Assembly: GCA_043228905.1 (NCBI GenBank)
Contig: JBHGNT010000017.1
Span: forward strand, 2,666,001-2,730,000
Direction: 5' to 3'
Source of the DNA: Azolla caroliniana
Taxonomy: Eukaryota; Plantae; Polypodiophyta
DNA length: 64,000 bases
The translations under genes were made by a program, and so were the position numbers. The notes under the pieces were generated by a model. That model ran no database searches. It was not told the origin of the DNA and was given only the letters and a program-made list of their open reading frames with translations. This document shows positions 39,220 through 52,457 of this stretch, piece by piece. How positions within the stretch are numbered: position 1 is the first letter of the stretch; every line of letters starts with the position of its first letter.

Positions 39220-39860
39220 AAAAACTCATAAAACGAATATTCGAGAATATGAAGAAAACATGACATAGGCAGTAGTAGCATAACAACTTACCACTAGGGT
39301 GACCTAATTTCTAATAACAAAGAAAGAAAGAAAGAAACGATCAAAAACTCATAAAACGTATATTCGAGAATATGAAGAAAACATGACATAGGTAGTAGTA
39401 GCATAACAACTTACCACTAGGGTGACAATTTCTAATAACAAAGAAAGAAAGAAAAAGGAACATGACACTACCATAAAAATTTGCCATGACATAGGCAGTA
39501 GTAGCATAACAACTTACCACTTGGGTGAGCTAATTTCTAATAACAAAGAAAGAAAGAAAAAGACGAAAAAGGAACATGACACTAACATAAAATTTTGCCA
39601 TGACACTAACAAGAGGATATGAGAAAGTTGGGAATTGAACCCAAGACAAAAGTAATAGTAGCACAACAACTTACCACTAGATTGTGCTTAGTTCTAATAA
39701 TAAAGAAATAAAAGAAAAAACCTATTATAACACTAACATAAAATGTTGCTACGACATGGGACTAATGAGAGAGAAAGAGATGAGAATATTGGGAATCGAA
39801 CCCAAGACATAGATTGCAATAGCACGACTCCTTACCGCTAAGGTGAGCGGAACTATAAGT
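39220..39860 (-). repeat. Head-to-tail array of about 5 tRNA-derived (SINE-like) units
   Basis: Recurrent GTAGTAGCATAACAACTTACCACTAGGGTG...TTCTAATAACAAAGAAAG. The best unit (~39785-39855) reads on the - strand TCACCTTAGCGGTAAGG...GGGTTCGATTCCC (A-box-like plus B box). Confidence 0.65.
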
Positions 39861-40196
39861 AATTAATGAAAAAAAGAGAAAAAAATTACTATATATTTTT
39901 CCCATTTCAAACGTGTCCATTTCCAAACGTTTGAATACTTGCACGAACACGAATATTACGTTCTATGCTCCACACTCTACATATAGTACAATTCGTGAGA
40001 TATTCAATGGCATATTAAGAGGGCATGATGACTATGGTGCCATAATTTAAGCACCCTGAAGTTTCAGCTTGTACATGAGTGCACTATTCATAAACACGTT
40101 TTGCTAGGAAGTAGACATATCAAGACCATTTCGTGTATTTAGGTCTTATGGGTCAAGCTTGACCATTCTATGGACGTGAATTTTTTTAAAATTATG

Positions 40197-40232
<36 letters not shown>

Positions 40233-41243
40233 CCTCGTGCCTCACAAGTCCATGTGGAAAAGTTTTAATTTTTAACGTTTGATATGATAGTTTGAATACC
40301 TAAAGGCAAATTATTGAGGCTCACGTGTTCAATTTTATATATGTTTACGTCAAGCAAAAAAGGTTAGGCATACACCTCTTCTCCCATAATAATATTAATA
40401 TTTTTGCAAAAAAAGCAAAAAGGGTCAAGGAATCAAACCTTTGTACTTTAGGAAACCCGTGAATACATCACTAGGGTAAACATGTGCTTCCATAACTACA
40501 TCAGTTTCCAAGAACAACTGGAAAACCAATACATTGTTATGATATACATGTGTGAGTCGAATCATCGACCTTGTAAGGAATTTATGAACATACAACTATG
40601 GTAGCAAGCGCTTCTTTCAACAACTTGAAAATCATTAGGTTATTTAATGCTTTGACAAATTGAAAATAATTACTTCCAAGGACATTTTCAACCAGAGATT
40701 GAAAATGAGGTTTTACTTGGATGTATACATTATATGCTTAGCTTCAACCTCTTTTTGGTTTTATTACAGTTCCCAGAGTTATTATGATTTAATGTTTTTG
40801 TCACTCACTCTCTAGGAACATTTCCTACCAGAGATTGAAATTTGTCCCTGAGCACCATCATCATCTTAAACAAAACTCTCTTTAATATCACAATAGGATT
40901 CTGAACTCTTTTAAAAATCATAAAACAATGATGCTTTATTTCTATGGCCCCAAATGAAAGAAAGACCAAAGCCAGTAATGGCAAAACAAAATCATCCAAT
41001 TTCACTAAACTAACGGCATTATTTCTCTCAATTAACGCTTGGGCGAATCACGATTTACCAAGAATGCCAACCATTCTTTTGAATTACACCAGTATACAAA
41101 TGAATGCTCCATCTCTAGACTATTCTCCATGGAGCTCCTAATGAATGCCTAACTCTGAGGGGCCATTGGAGCAAACAATGTCAATACTCCTAACTTGTCG
41201 AGTAAATAATATATTTTCTCAAGTGAGAAGTAGTAGCCCCCTC

Positions 41244-44200
41244 CTATTCCATAAATGATGGTGGAGGTTCTCGAAGATGTTGTCCACCGATATCAATATC
41301 AAGTTGTAATTCCGTGAATTCTTCCTTCGATGATGGTGGACCAAAGCTCGTGTCAGGCGGCGACGACAATGATGCATTGAAGTTGATGTCCGGAAACACG
41401 CCTGGTGGTCTCTCCTCTGGCTCTATGGCTAATAATTGAGAAGAGTTTCCTATGGCATCTACCCAACCATAATGTGGCTCTGACCTGAAAAGAACAATAA
41501 TATTACGAATCAATATATTGTGCAAGAGTGTAGTCCAAGCATCGGGGGTGTTGGCCTAGTGGTTAAGGCCATTGCCCTATAAACTGTCAGGTTGGGAGTT
41601 CCAATCCTAACTCCAAGAAAGACATACTGATTGATCCCCGAGTAAAAGGAGCTGTGGGTGATTTGCTCTAGTATGTCAGGAGTTCAAGCAATCCAGCCAG
41701 CATTACAAGAAAGACAATGAAACATTTAACAAAGAAAATACTTTCTAAATGGAAATGCTAAACAGATAGTTCGTACTCATAGTAAGTGCCTTCTTCAACA
41801 ACAGTGTCCCATGTCTCACCGCTCGTACTTCGCCCATATTTATGCACACTCCTGCAATGAAAGAAGGCAATGTCAGATCTCTCTCTAATGCATTCAAAGA
41901 TAATAATAAACACCTTTAATACATAGAAAGCAATAAGAGTAAATTAGGGTAACCACATCAATGGAGGAAGATATCTCACCCATTCCCAAAGTGCTCCTCC
42001 CCCCATGTTCTTGACCAGCCTATGAGATATTGCACATTAGAAAATTCATCATGAAATGGGGTGTCCATTAAATACATCAACAACCATCACAAATGGCATT
42101 TTTGGTGGGCTTCGCCTACTTACGTTCGCCTCCTGAGGATGAATGCCATGTTTCTCCTTGTCTTGTGCCCATGCCTGAATAAAACTTTTCCTCCCATTTA
42201 TCTCCCCATTTGGTCTCATCATTAGTCTCGGCCCACTTATCAGTCCTAAATATAAAAATGATACAATTTAAAGGATCTGGCTACACACTCAAAAACATTG
42301 TTTCAATTGCATAAAGTGATTTATCGGAAGTTTGAGCCTGTGAAATAAAAAAATAAATAGCTTGTTATTTCCTAATAAACCTATGTTTAATTTACCATTT
42401 CAAAACAGACCCTCGGCCATCGTATTGTTCACCCCACTTTTCCCACCACGATTGATCATTGAGCCTACCATATTTGTGGGCTCCTTTCTCTGTCCATCCT
42501 TTAGCATTGTACTTCTCCCACCTTTGGATGCATACATTTTTCACATGTCTAATGTATCACACGTCAAGTATTTTTTTCACACATGCCAACCTCTTTTGAG
42601 CAATATATGATGCTTCTTTATGTGGAATGAATGAAAATCATCTGTCTTACCACTTCTCATACCAACCAGCATCACTTCCTGACTTTGCTTGTTTTTGAGC
42701 ACTCTTTTCAATCCTTGCCAAATTACTGTAAAAAGCACTTACACGTTAAAAAGTTTATGTTCATACATATAAACTAGCAGTACAACCAAGGCTCCCCTTG
42801 AATTTGCATTGATTCGACCCTAAGTGTTGATCTTTCAAAAATCCATCTCACATAAAACATTTTCAACCGAGATAATAATGTGCCCCAAAGAGATGCTTAA
42901 CAATTATACATAGCAACGTTAACTAACCTCCATTCATCCTGCCTCAATATCTCTTGCCATGTCTCCCACCAAGTATCCCCTTGAGCATTCCTTCCTGATT
43001 TTTCAGCACCTATATGGATGGGGAGGGAAAGATACATGTACATCGACATCATCTGGACTAAATATATACAATTATCCTCAAAACAAACCAGCCTCATTAA
43101 AAAAACCTTCACTCACCTAATTCCTTATAACCAGTCCAGTCACTCTTCTCCCACCACTGTCTTAAAAAACACATCCATTTGTCACGTCTTTGAATAAATT
43201 AGGGCTATTATTGGTTAGGAGACTATTTGAAGTCATCGATTGGGTTTGTGCGAATATGCATCCTTAATCGAAAAATGCACAAAAGAAGATATAATTTATC
43301 TATAAATTTTGACATACAGCCTCTTTCCATTCGGATGATCCATCAGCATTTCGTCCACCCATAACCGTCCACCGACATCGATATCCATTTTCTCCAAAGT
43401 CTTCACCACTCTCTCTATACCAGGTACTACCATCTTCATTTATACCAGATTCATTGACCTTCTCGTTATTTAAGTTGATGCCCCATTCCTGCTCACTTGC
43501 AATCCCAGTATCTGGTTTAAGCATATGAAGAAATCATCTATGGTCTTAACACGGATCGTAATATATGGCATGAAAAAATACAAATCACAATACATGGGAG
43601 AACGATGTTGGATAAATTGTTTAGAATATAATACCCCTTTTTGGAGGTGTGTCCCGAGATTGTGGCACACAAAATCTTTGTGTTTGTCGAGGCTGGAGAT
43701 TCTCATGTTCGGTAACTCTCCATGGCCTAAAATTAAACATTGACTTACTTATTTGTCCCTTGTTTACTCTCTCCGGCACGTTTACACACACATCTTCCAC
43801 TCATACATGTCCTTGAATTCTTTGTAAACATGTATGAAAGTTCTCTACTCCCTCCTTGTTACTAGTATATCACCAAACATCATCAAAACAAAATCTACAA
43901 CTTCATTTTAATGTTTTGCAATATTTCATCACATCAAAGGCAATCTCCATTTCAAATCCACTAAGTAGTAGCAATGATGTGCTTCGGTACTTCGGTCCCC
44001 TCCTGGATATGCCCTATCGAGTATCATCAATTCATCTAATGAGATAATATTCTTCTGAAATTTCAACCATGAATTTTGGACTTTTGCAATAGACCTTAGA
44101 GATTCTTATCTGGATATATATTACAATGATTATAGTGGTCCAATGGTATACCAATTTATTACTTCATGGCATTTGATGGGCCCTAATAAGCTCAGAATGT

Positions 44201-44747
44201 CAGTTATTTTCTGAAATTTTCATTAATGTTAGCATAAGTCAAATGTATAGTGCCCATGATTTGCTCCCATATGATTTCAAGGCTTCCTCTGTGGTTTACT
44301 AAAGTAGTCGTGTTGACCCTGTTGGAAAGCCATATTTTTAATCTCACTAATTCCACAATATCAGTAGATGATACCGCAGTATGTGGCATTGACCATTGGA
44401 ACTTATGACCAAATGAATGTAAATATGTGACTCTGTGTCCATCTCTTATGAGGTTGTATCGTAAACTTGGGGTCCAATTCAAACAATTTCACTAGATGAT
44501 CGTGGGGAGCCTAGAACATATGACTTTGTCCCCATCGGATAACATACCAATGGAGCTACACCCATTTTGACTCTCTTGTCTCTGTTTCGTCACATTTTGG
44601 CTATACACTAGTTGTAAGCCACGTTTTTATTGCCCCAACACACTTGAGTTAATATTTCACTGGTCACACCAGTTTAGTACACGACCTTGAGTAATGTGAG
44701 GAATGTACCGTACGACCTTCTCGTCTCCATTAGAAAAACTTACCAAC

Positions 44748-44823
<76 letters not shown>

Positions 44824-45857
44824 CTCCATGATGCCTCAGTGCATTAGAAAGAAATAAACATGCCACTTTGGACTGCCTTGCAGATGAATACATGAGGCAT
44901 GATTTTCAAGAGTTCGTACGAGGTTGTACTAGCTTTCAAGAACTCCTGATGAGGAAGAAATCGGTGATGAAACTAGGCATGCTCTTTGCTCAGACTACAG
45001 AACGAAACTCATTGAGTAATGAAAACCGTGAAATTCAGCATCTAGCTTAGCTTTTCATTTCTGCTTATCTTTTTGTTCTACTATTTTAGACCCCCCATCT
45101 ACACAACTGCGAGGGTGTTATCCATGTTTTGCCCCCCACCATGGACATTAATATATCATCACTGTCACAAACAAACATACACGTGTATAATTTCCATGTA
45201 TTATTGCTTTGTCCTTTTTTTCAACACCCCATGGACATGGCACTCGCAGTTATGATTTGATCTCAGAGGATGAGGATAATAGAATCTACAAGTCTCTCAA
45301 ATATATATACAATGAAAAAGAAGAAAAGTGGACATTTTTAAACATGAAGGGAAGCTGCAGTTACCTGAAGTTTATACTCCCCTCCCCTAGACAAGAAAAA
45401 CAGAGTGCACAGTTTCACCAACTGAAGGTAACTACATTTGGCAGAAGTTACAGTTTCCTCTCACATTTAACAAAAAGGTAACTTTCTGCCCCTTCTAAAC
45501 AAGAAGAATAAACCAAACACAAGTGTAAAAATGCAGAATCCAAAGGGAGGTCTTTTTTTTACAGAATTCATTCCAAAACACACACATTCAAACCCACAAG
45601 AAAAAACAAACTCAAAAGGCATACCCTTTACATAAGGAATACATAGAAAAAATACTTTGAGCATACCTGGGTGAGGTTAATGGGTAGGATTGGATAGCAT
45701 TAACACTGAAGAACCGTTTTTCGTTGAGAGTGCAGAGCCCTCTGTTGCTAAATGTGGTGGACCAAAATACATGCGGTTTTTGGAGGTTATTGTTGTGAAG
45801 GGGTGTAAAAGCAAGGCCAGTGAAATGAGATGAGCCCTTCAAGCTCATACCACTCAT
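41244..45857 (-). CDS. ESV1: EARLY STARVATION 1, Trp-rich starch-granule protein
   Basis: Exons encode PQSRDTPPKR|DTGIASEQEWG..GSTWYRESGEDFGENGYRCRW, WWEKSDWTGYKELG, WWETWQE..QDEW, SNLARIEKSAQKQAK, WWEKYNAKGWTEKGAHKYGRL, and EPHYGWVD..ERPPGVFP. Transit-peptide-like exon at 45857-45667. Confidence 0.93.
41544..41715 (+). mobile_element. tRNA-derived SINE in the last ESV1 intron (antisense)
   Basis: GGGGGTGTTGGCCTAGTGGTTAAGG (A box) ... GAGTTCCAATCC (degenerate B box), then an unrelated body and an A-rich end. 3' boundary approximate. Confidence 0.6.
44752..44820. repeat. Long (CT)n microsatellite in ESV1 intron 1; similar AG/CT tracts at ~21263-21312 and ~45985-46022
   Basis: Directly visible. 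Confidence 0.95.
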
Positions 45858-45978
45858 AATGTCTGCATAACACGAGGAACCATCACAATGCTAAGACAGA
45901 TGAGAAAGGGAAGCAATCTGGGGTTCAACCCAGAAGCCTTCATCATATTTATATTCACACAAATGGAAATCTAAAGGT

Positions 45979-46024
<46 letters not shown>

Positions 46025-48099
46025 CAAAAATGTGGCAAAAAGCATAGGCTGACATGGCTATCTATGAGGATCCATTTTTGGGTCCCTTAATGGATAAACT
46101 TTGATGGATAACCTTCCTGACCCCCCATAGAAGAAGAAGAAGAAGAAAAAGAAGAAAGGGGACCCATCCCTAACCAAAGCAAGATCTAAGAGAAGGGGGG
46201 GGGGTACACCACCCACCACAAAGGCATGGTATGGCACACACACACACACACACACACACATATGTATATATTATTGTCTGAATTCGTCATGTTTTCTTTT
46301 CTACTGTATCTTCATAAAATAAGCCCGTACGATCTTAGTCACCTCATGTGGAATTGCTGCAACAAAAGGAAATCTGCCATATGTCTTATCGTACGTATCA
46401 CATACGTTTTCCGTTTCTATCGTATCATCCAAAGAAAATATGCTTGGGCTATATCCTCACTCGCCTTGTAATGCATCTTGAGTGTTGGAAGAAAAAGAGC
46501 ATATGTCCTTATATATATTTGAGATGTTGTGTGGCACTGAATCGTTTGCTTGATAAACTCATTTCCCTCTTAGCAAAACCCATTTCCTCTTACCACTCAC
46601 TCTTTCCATCTCAAACGTACCTCCTAACACAAGCTATGTTGGCATCATCCCAGATGATGCCAACATAGCTTGTGATTCATCGGTGTCCTAAATGCAATGG
46701 ATGTTTTGATAGATAATGATCGCCAGACTTCATTTTCCTTGGCGATTGGTTAGATAGCCTTTAAAGCTCTCTAGTAAGGATGGTATATGATCTTGCTCAA
46801 CCTACATTTGTCGTTATCTCTTATTTTTCATTACACTTTGTATTTCTTTGTTACCACGATGAAATTTTATGTCCCTTAGTCAAATCCCAAGATGAGTTCA
46901 TTACTTCGACAAGCTATCTTCAACATGGGGCATCTATCAACAAACTCCATCCACCCTTGATGATGTGTGTGTATGCAAATGGTATTTGAGCATTGTTTCT
47001 AGAAAGAGTTCCATTTCCTTTTGATATATTGTACTACAACAAAGCTTTAAAAAGGCATTGTTGGAACCTACATAGTATATCAAAAATTTGAAATCAACAT
47101 TACACATCTGAAATATATTAAATGGAATCCAAATGGTTTTTATGTTTGTCTTATTTTAGTTTACAAACAAGGCATTAGTTGATGCATTGCACAACATGAT
47201 ACACCAACTCTTATTCAAATGTATTGGAAAGCTCAAATAAGTGGATTTGTTCCCTTTTATAAGAGAATCACGAGAAAAGATGCATATATGTTAAAGTAAA
47301 AAAATGCTCTAATATATTACAAAAAGACGTCAAACCATTTAAAAAGTAAAAACGCACACACCCCCGCTTACATACCCTAGTTTGTCATTGGAAGTCTAGG
47401 CTTAACAATAACTTTTTGATATGTGCTTCTTCTCATAACAATCCACAAGCTCTTTGGTGAAGCAAATAGAAGTCACAAATCCATTAAGATATAATCCATA
47501 TTATTAACATTGCATCAGTCTATAGGGCGATGTTGTCATTTTAGGAGCAAATCGACTAAGATGATTTATTACTAGAATTAAGAAGAGTTTTTTTATATAC
47601 ATAATTATATCAAATGCGCCGTTAAATCCATCCGAGACTCGAAACTGCAACTTACGGGTACTTTAAAATCACTATATTATTATGTTTTTGTATTATTAAT
47701 TCGATTAGATGCTCGACCAACATGTAAGGGACGCGAATCTAAAAAACTTGGATGATGCATACATACACCTCACATTGCATTGCATTGATTAGCACGTAAT
47801 TTCTTGTTGCACAAGATACATGAAATCCGTTGCGAAACATGACATATCTACTATCTAAGCATCATATGCATGCATACGTACATGCGCATACATATACGTG
47901 GCTACTCTAGTACATATAACATCATATATATTCACACATACACATACATATACATACATACACGTATACGTATATGTATACATCGACCAATTTAATAATG
48001 TGGGTACATGCGTATATGTATAGTGAGTGTACTGCAGCATACGATAAACAATAGGGGATGAGAATTCCCGAATCCCCACCAAAAATGGCGCAATTAATT

Positions 48100-49090
48100 T
48101 ATTGTGTGGAATAAATATAAAGGGGACAAAACGACAGGCCGACGTGGCAAAGGGGATGCCTGCCTGCCACGTCAGTCCCTCTCTCTTTTGAAGCTGAGCC
48201 ACGAGGTGTGGCCGCCGCGCTCTCCGCCACGAATTTTTCCAGACAACGACGGGCCACGCGCCACGTCAGCTGCCACCTCATCCGCCGACGCCCTGTATCC
48301 TCGCCCGCCACGTCATCTCGTCTCCCAGATCACCCAGTAGCCACGTCAGCCCGTCTGGAAAGCCCCACCCACCACCTCTCGTGATATGTTTTCTTTCTCT
48401 TTTTGGATGTTCAAATGATTCGAAGAAGAAAAAGAAGGGCGTCCGTATCTTCATGCCACGTCGTGCCCATGCATACGGTCTTTATTTCTCTTTTGGATAT
48501 TCACATTGATTCGAAGAAGAAAAGAAGGATGTCCGTATCTTTCTGCCACGTCATGCCCATGCATACAGTCTTTATTTCTCTTTTGGATGTTCAAATTGAT
48601 TCAAAGAAGAAAAAAAGGGCGTCCATCCCTTCATGCCACGTCATGCCCATACATATGGTCTTTATTTCTTTTAAGCTAAGGGGCATGTGGATGCACCACG
48701 TAAATTGGACATGTCGAATCGGCACAAGGAATGGACCCAAAATCCAGAGTTCTAACAAAAAACCGAGAGTTCTGGGGCAACATTTCTCTACAACTTCTTT
48801 GCACATGTGATAAGGGGCACATGGATGCACCACATAAATTGGACATGTCGAATTGGCACAAGGAATGGACCCAACATTCAGAGCTCTAACAAAAAACCAA
48901 GAATTTTGGGGCAACATTTCTCTACAACTTCTTCGCACATGTTCTTGACCATAGAAGCTATGGCTTCTTCTTTCGCGTATGTTCTTCACCATAGAAGCTA
49001 TGTCGTCTTCTTTCGCGTATGTGCTCGACCATTGAAGCTATGGCTTCTTCTTAGTGTATGCTCTCGACCACAAAAGCTATGGCTTCTCCT
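48100..49090. repeat. Composite minisatellite block: GC-rich ACGT-box segment, 3 x ~90 bp, 2 x ~132 bp, and 4-5 x ~35 bp; probably a non-autonomous DNA transposon or Helitron interior
   Basis: Units TTTTGGATGTTCAAAT..GCCACGTCATGCCCAT (48400-48670), GGGGCA..AATTGGACATGTCGAAT..CTCTACAACTTCT (48680-48935), and ACCATAGAAGCTATGGCTTCT (48945-49090). Element termini not identified. Confidence 0.8.
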
Positions 49091-49169
49091 TCAAATCCAA
49101 GAGAACCCCCTTGGCTTCTATCCACTTGACCCCATCTCAGATAACGTACTCACTCTCCTCTAGACGTCA

Positions 49170-49232
<63 letters not shown>

Positions 49233-50344
49233 CTGTAAATAATGCCCTTCTTCACGAAAGCAAACAAACACCACCATGACTAACTTACAAGTTACAACAA
49301 AGTATAGAACTCTTCTAGGGATCTAAATACTACTACTACTACAATCTACAGTCACACACACACACACACACACACACATCATGCCCACAGTCACAATATA
49401 ACTTAGAAATATTACACATACTTACTACATTTCATGAGGACATGTCGATTCTTTAGAATAACACCAAAAGTGTATGATGTTCTAGAAGAGGCTACGAATA
49501 ATCTCTAACATCACAACCAATCAATGAACTATCCATGCCTTATGTATATATTCATAGGGAGGTTATAAAGTTAGGCCTCTTCAATCCAATAATGAAAATT
49601 TGGCAAAGTAGGGATAATATGGCTTCAATAAATAAGGCCTAGGAAAGCCACTATACACAAGTTCATGAAGTAGCTATGTCACTTCACTTTAAGGATAAAC
49701 AAGTTTGTAAGACAATTGCATCCCTTCACTTAGAAGTTGAAATGAGCCACATATCACTTGAGGAAAATGGAACAAGAAACCCAATTTGAAGTTAGTCAAT
49801 CAAATTTGACACAACAATTGTAATTCCTTTTTGACAAAAGGAATTTTTTTCAAAAAACTATAGATTGCATGAGAATGATTTCCATCACCATGAAAAAAAG
49901 AAGATCTCGGTTCCCCCCATTCCCACAAGCCATGAGTATTCATACTTCAATCATATAACATAATCTCTCTGGTCGACTATCTTCAATAGGTCAATTGGCC
50001 ATCTTTCGTTGGGTAAGCCAAATTTGCCCGACCAAAGACGAGGAAGGCCATGTGGATCCATGAAGATCCCAATCAACCTTGCATCAAAATAAGATTAGAA
50101 GGGTTCCCATTGCCATGATTCTCCAAAGACACCTTGAGTAGAGAAGAATTTTCCTTATGCAGCTCAACGACCATTTTGTTAATTTGAAAATGCTAAACCA
50201 AAAAGAACTCTACAAAACCAAAAAGATGCATGCAAGTATTTCCAAGAAAAGTTTGATTCTGAATCATGTTTATACCTGCATATTTGCTAATTACGGCAAT
50301 GCCAATATAAACATCATTTAGAATCACGCTTTTCTTGGAAATAT

Positions 50345-50945
50345 CTGCATGTATCTTGGACTGCCATCACAATTGCATGTCTAGCAAGGGTATTATGATG
50401 AGGCCTCGAAATGCTATAGACAAATGCAGGAAGAGGAAGTCTCCCCTGATTCAATAACTTATAATCTTATACTTGATGTTTGAATGCTTGTGGAATTTTA
50501 TGATCTCTTCAAATTGTTGAAGGTTTAGATTTGTTGGTGGTAAGGAAAGGGTTGCATAAAGAAAGATATTATACTTGGTACATTAACCAATGTGTATGAT
50601 AAGTGTGAAGCTACATGTTGTAATGTGGAGTGCATTGATTGCAGAATATGTTGAACATGCACTTGTTGATGAAATCTTCAAATGCTTTAGATAGGTGCAG
50701 AATGAGTATGCCCCTCCAAAATTGGTAACTTAAGTCAGAAATTTAAAAGCTTGTGCTGTTATAAGACCACTTGTCATTGGACTAGAGATATAGGGCATAG
50801 TTTTAAAGCATTGCTCATTGAAAATTCACATGGGGTTTGCCAATACTTTCATTGACATTTATGCATTCACATGGACTTGAAAAAACTCAAGAAGCATTTG
50901 AACAGATCCTAGTGAGGGTTGTGCTACAAACAACACTGATTGCTT
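50345..50945 (+). pseudogene. Decayed PLS-class PPR gene fragment
   Basis: Translated pieces VSWTAI..QGYYDEASKCYRQMQEEEVSPDSITY, VVMWSALIAEYVEH..EIFKCF, LKACA, and ANTFIDIY, with many stops and frameshifts. Confidence 0.8.
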
Positions 50946-51671
50946 AATGGGATTATGTAGCAGTTGGTATGAGATTTGATCTTGGGACTTGGGAGTGAAA
51001 AATAAATCATGAGATACACAAATTTTGTTGGTAGAATGATGTTAGTAGGAAATCCTCAAATATGCATATGTACAGAGAAACCATTGATATCATTATACAA
51101 TGCATGCTCATGTGGTTGAGATACATCTGTGAAAATTCTATTGGTTTTTTTGCCTGCGTGGTCATAGTTTCAAGACACATTTGTGAGGGCACTACTGATT
51201 TTCATATGCGTAATGAAACAACAATGTAAAAACTGTGGATTGCTAGGTTCTCATGGTTGGATGCAGAACAAAGTCATACACTAATTATTCCAATGGGTAA
51301 GATTAAAAACACCTTTAGCGTATAGGCTGCTACAATCCTCATGATTTCAAGAAAGCAAATACTTTGTGGCAGACAAATCATGCTTGTGGTAGAAAAATAG
51401 GCTTACAGGTAGAAACGTTTTTTTGCATCCAAGAAGGGGCGGAAATCAATGCTTGTGATCGTAGCGTCGTTACAAGGAGTGCGAGCGAAATAGCACAACT
51501 ATTGAGATGGTATGCGAAGAGTAAGAAAAGAAATAAAGCAATGATGCAAGTGAAACTAAGGTGAGCAAGATTAGAGGCGAACAAGAGTAAAAGAGAAGGA
51601 GAGAATGAGATGAAAGAAGAAGAGAAGAGTGAGTGAGAAAAAAGAAAAGCTTAAGAAATTTTCATTAGAAA

Positions 51672-51723
51672 GACCTTGTGCAAACTAGTTTCTCTCTAGG
51701 TATAGCTCATCTGTGCCAAGGTC
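51672..51723 (-). ncRNA. Degenerate minimal type I hammerhead ribozyme
   Basis: - strand GACCTTGGCA CAGATGA GCTATACCTAGAGA GAAA CTAGTT TGCACAAGGTC. Stem I is GACCTTG-GCA/TGC-A-CAAGGTC. Core CUGAUGA has one U>A change. Palindromic AACTAGTT stem III; stem II imperfect. Confidence 0.65.
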
Positions 51724-51748
51724 ATTTACAACATGAAGGTAGGTTTAT

Positions 51749-51787
<39 letters not shown>

Positions 51788-52410
51788 GGGGAATCGTGAT
51801 AGGCAAATGATTGATAAGTGGAGGTGGGCTAGAGGGGGGTTATAAGTGTATATGATAAGTGATAAGTGGGGGTGGGCTCTAAGAAGAGGGGGATTATAGG
51901 GGTGGGATATAAAAAGAATATAGTATTAAGTGGGAGTATTTATGGATTTATATTTAGTTTTGACAAGAAGGGAATGAATGGACTTAGACTTAGTCCAACA
52001 TATGAAGGGTTGCGGTAGTTTGGATAGTTGGGGATCAGTGACTAAATCTACATGGAGGTTTTCTAGCATGTCGTGAATTCCTAATCTAGGGATATCTTTT
52101 GTATACCTAAGTTTGAAGATGACAAGTATAAGGGTACTTTTAGGCTTTCTACTAAATACTAGTGATTTCTTAGCGCTAAATAGGACCTTTTTATAATTCT
52201 CTAATATAAAAGAATGGGGATATTAACCTCTCTTAACTAATCTATTAAAAAATAGTTTTTTCATTCGAAGGAAACCTAAGGGGTCACTTTCTCTAATTAG
52301 GTATCGTTTTAGTTCATTAATAATAAAATAACGTTTTAAGTGAAGGGGGTGATCTGATGAGAATGAGAGATATTGGTAGGCGTTTTGGGGCTTTTGGAGA
52401 TACACATTGA
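51672..52410 (-). mobile_element. Penelope-like retroelement 3' fragment (RT thumb and C-terminus, then 3' UTR/pLTR)
   Basis: LQKPQNAYQYLSFSSDHPLHLKRYFIINELKRY..FFNRLVKRG*YP..PFICWTKSKSIHSLLVK..* (final stop 51926-51928) resembles the PLE RT C-terminal region. A hammerhead-like motif lies downstream on the same strand. Confidence 0.78.
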
Positions 52411-52457
52411 TGTTTTTTTGTGACGCTAAATCAGATATTGTTGATTATTTAAGGTCC

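Noticed and set aside
41544-41615. Possible functional tRNA gene
   Set aside because: B box and T arm degenerate and stems pair poorly; treated as a SINE head.
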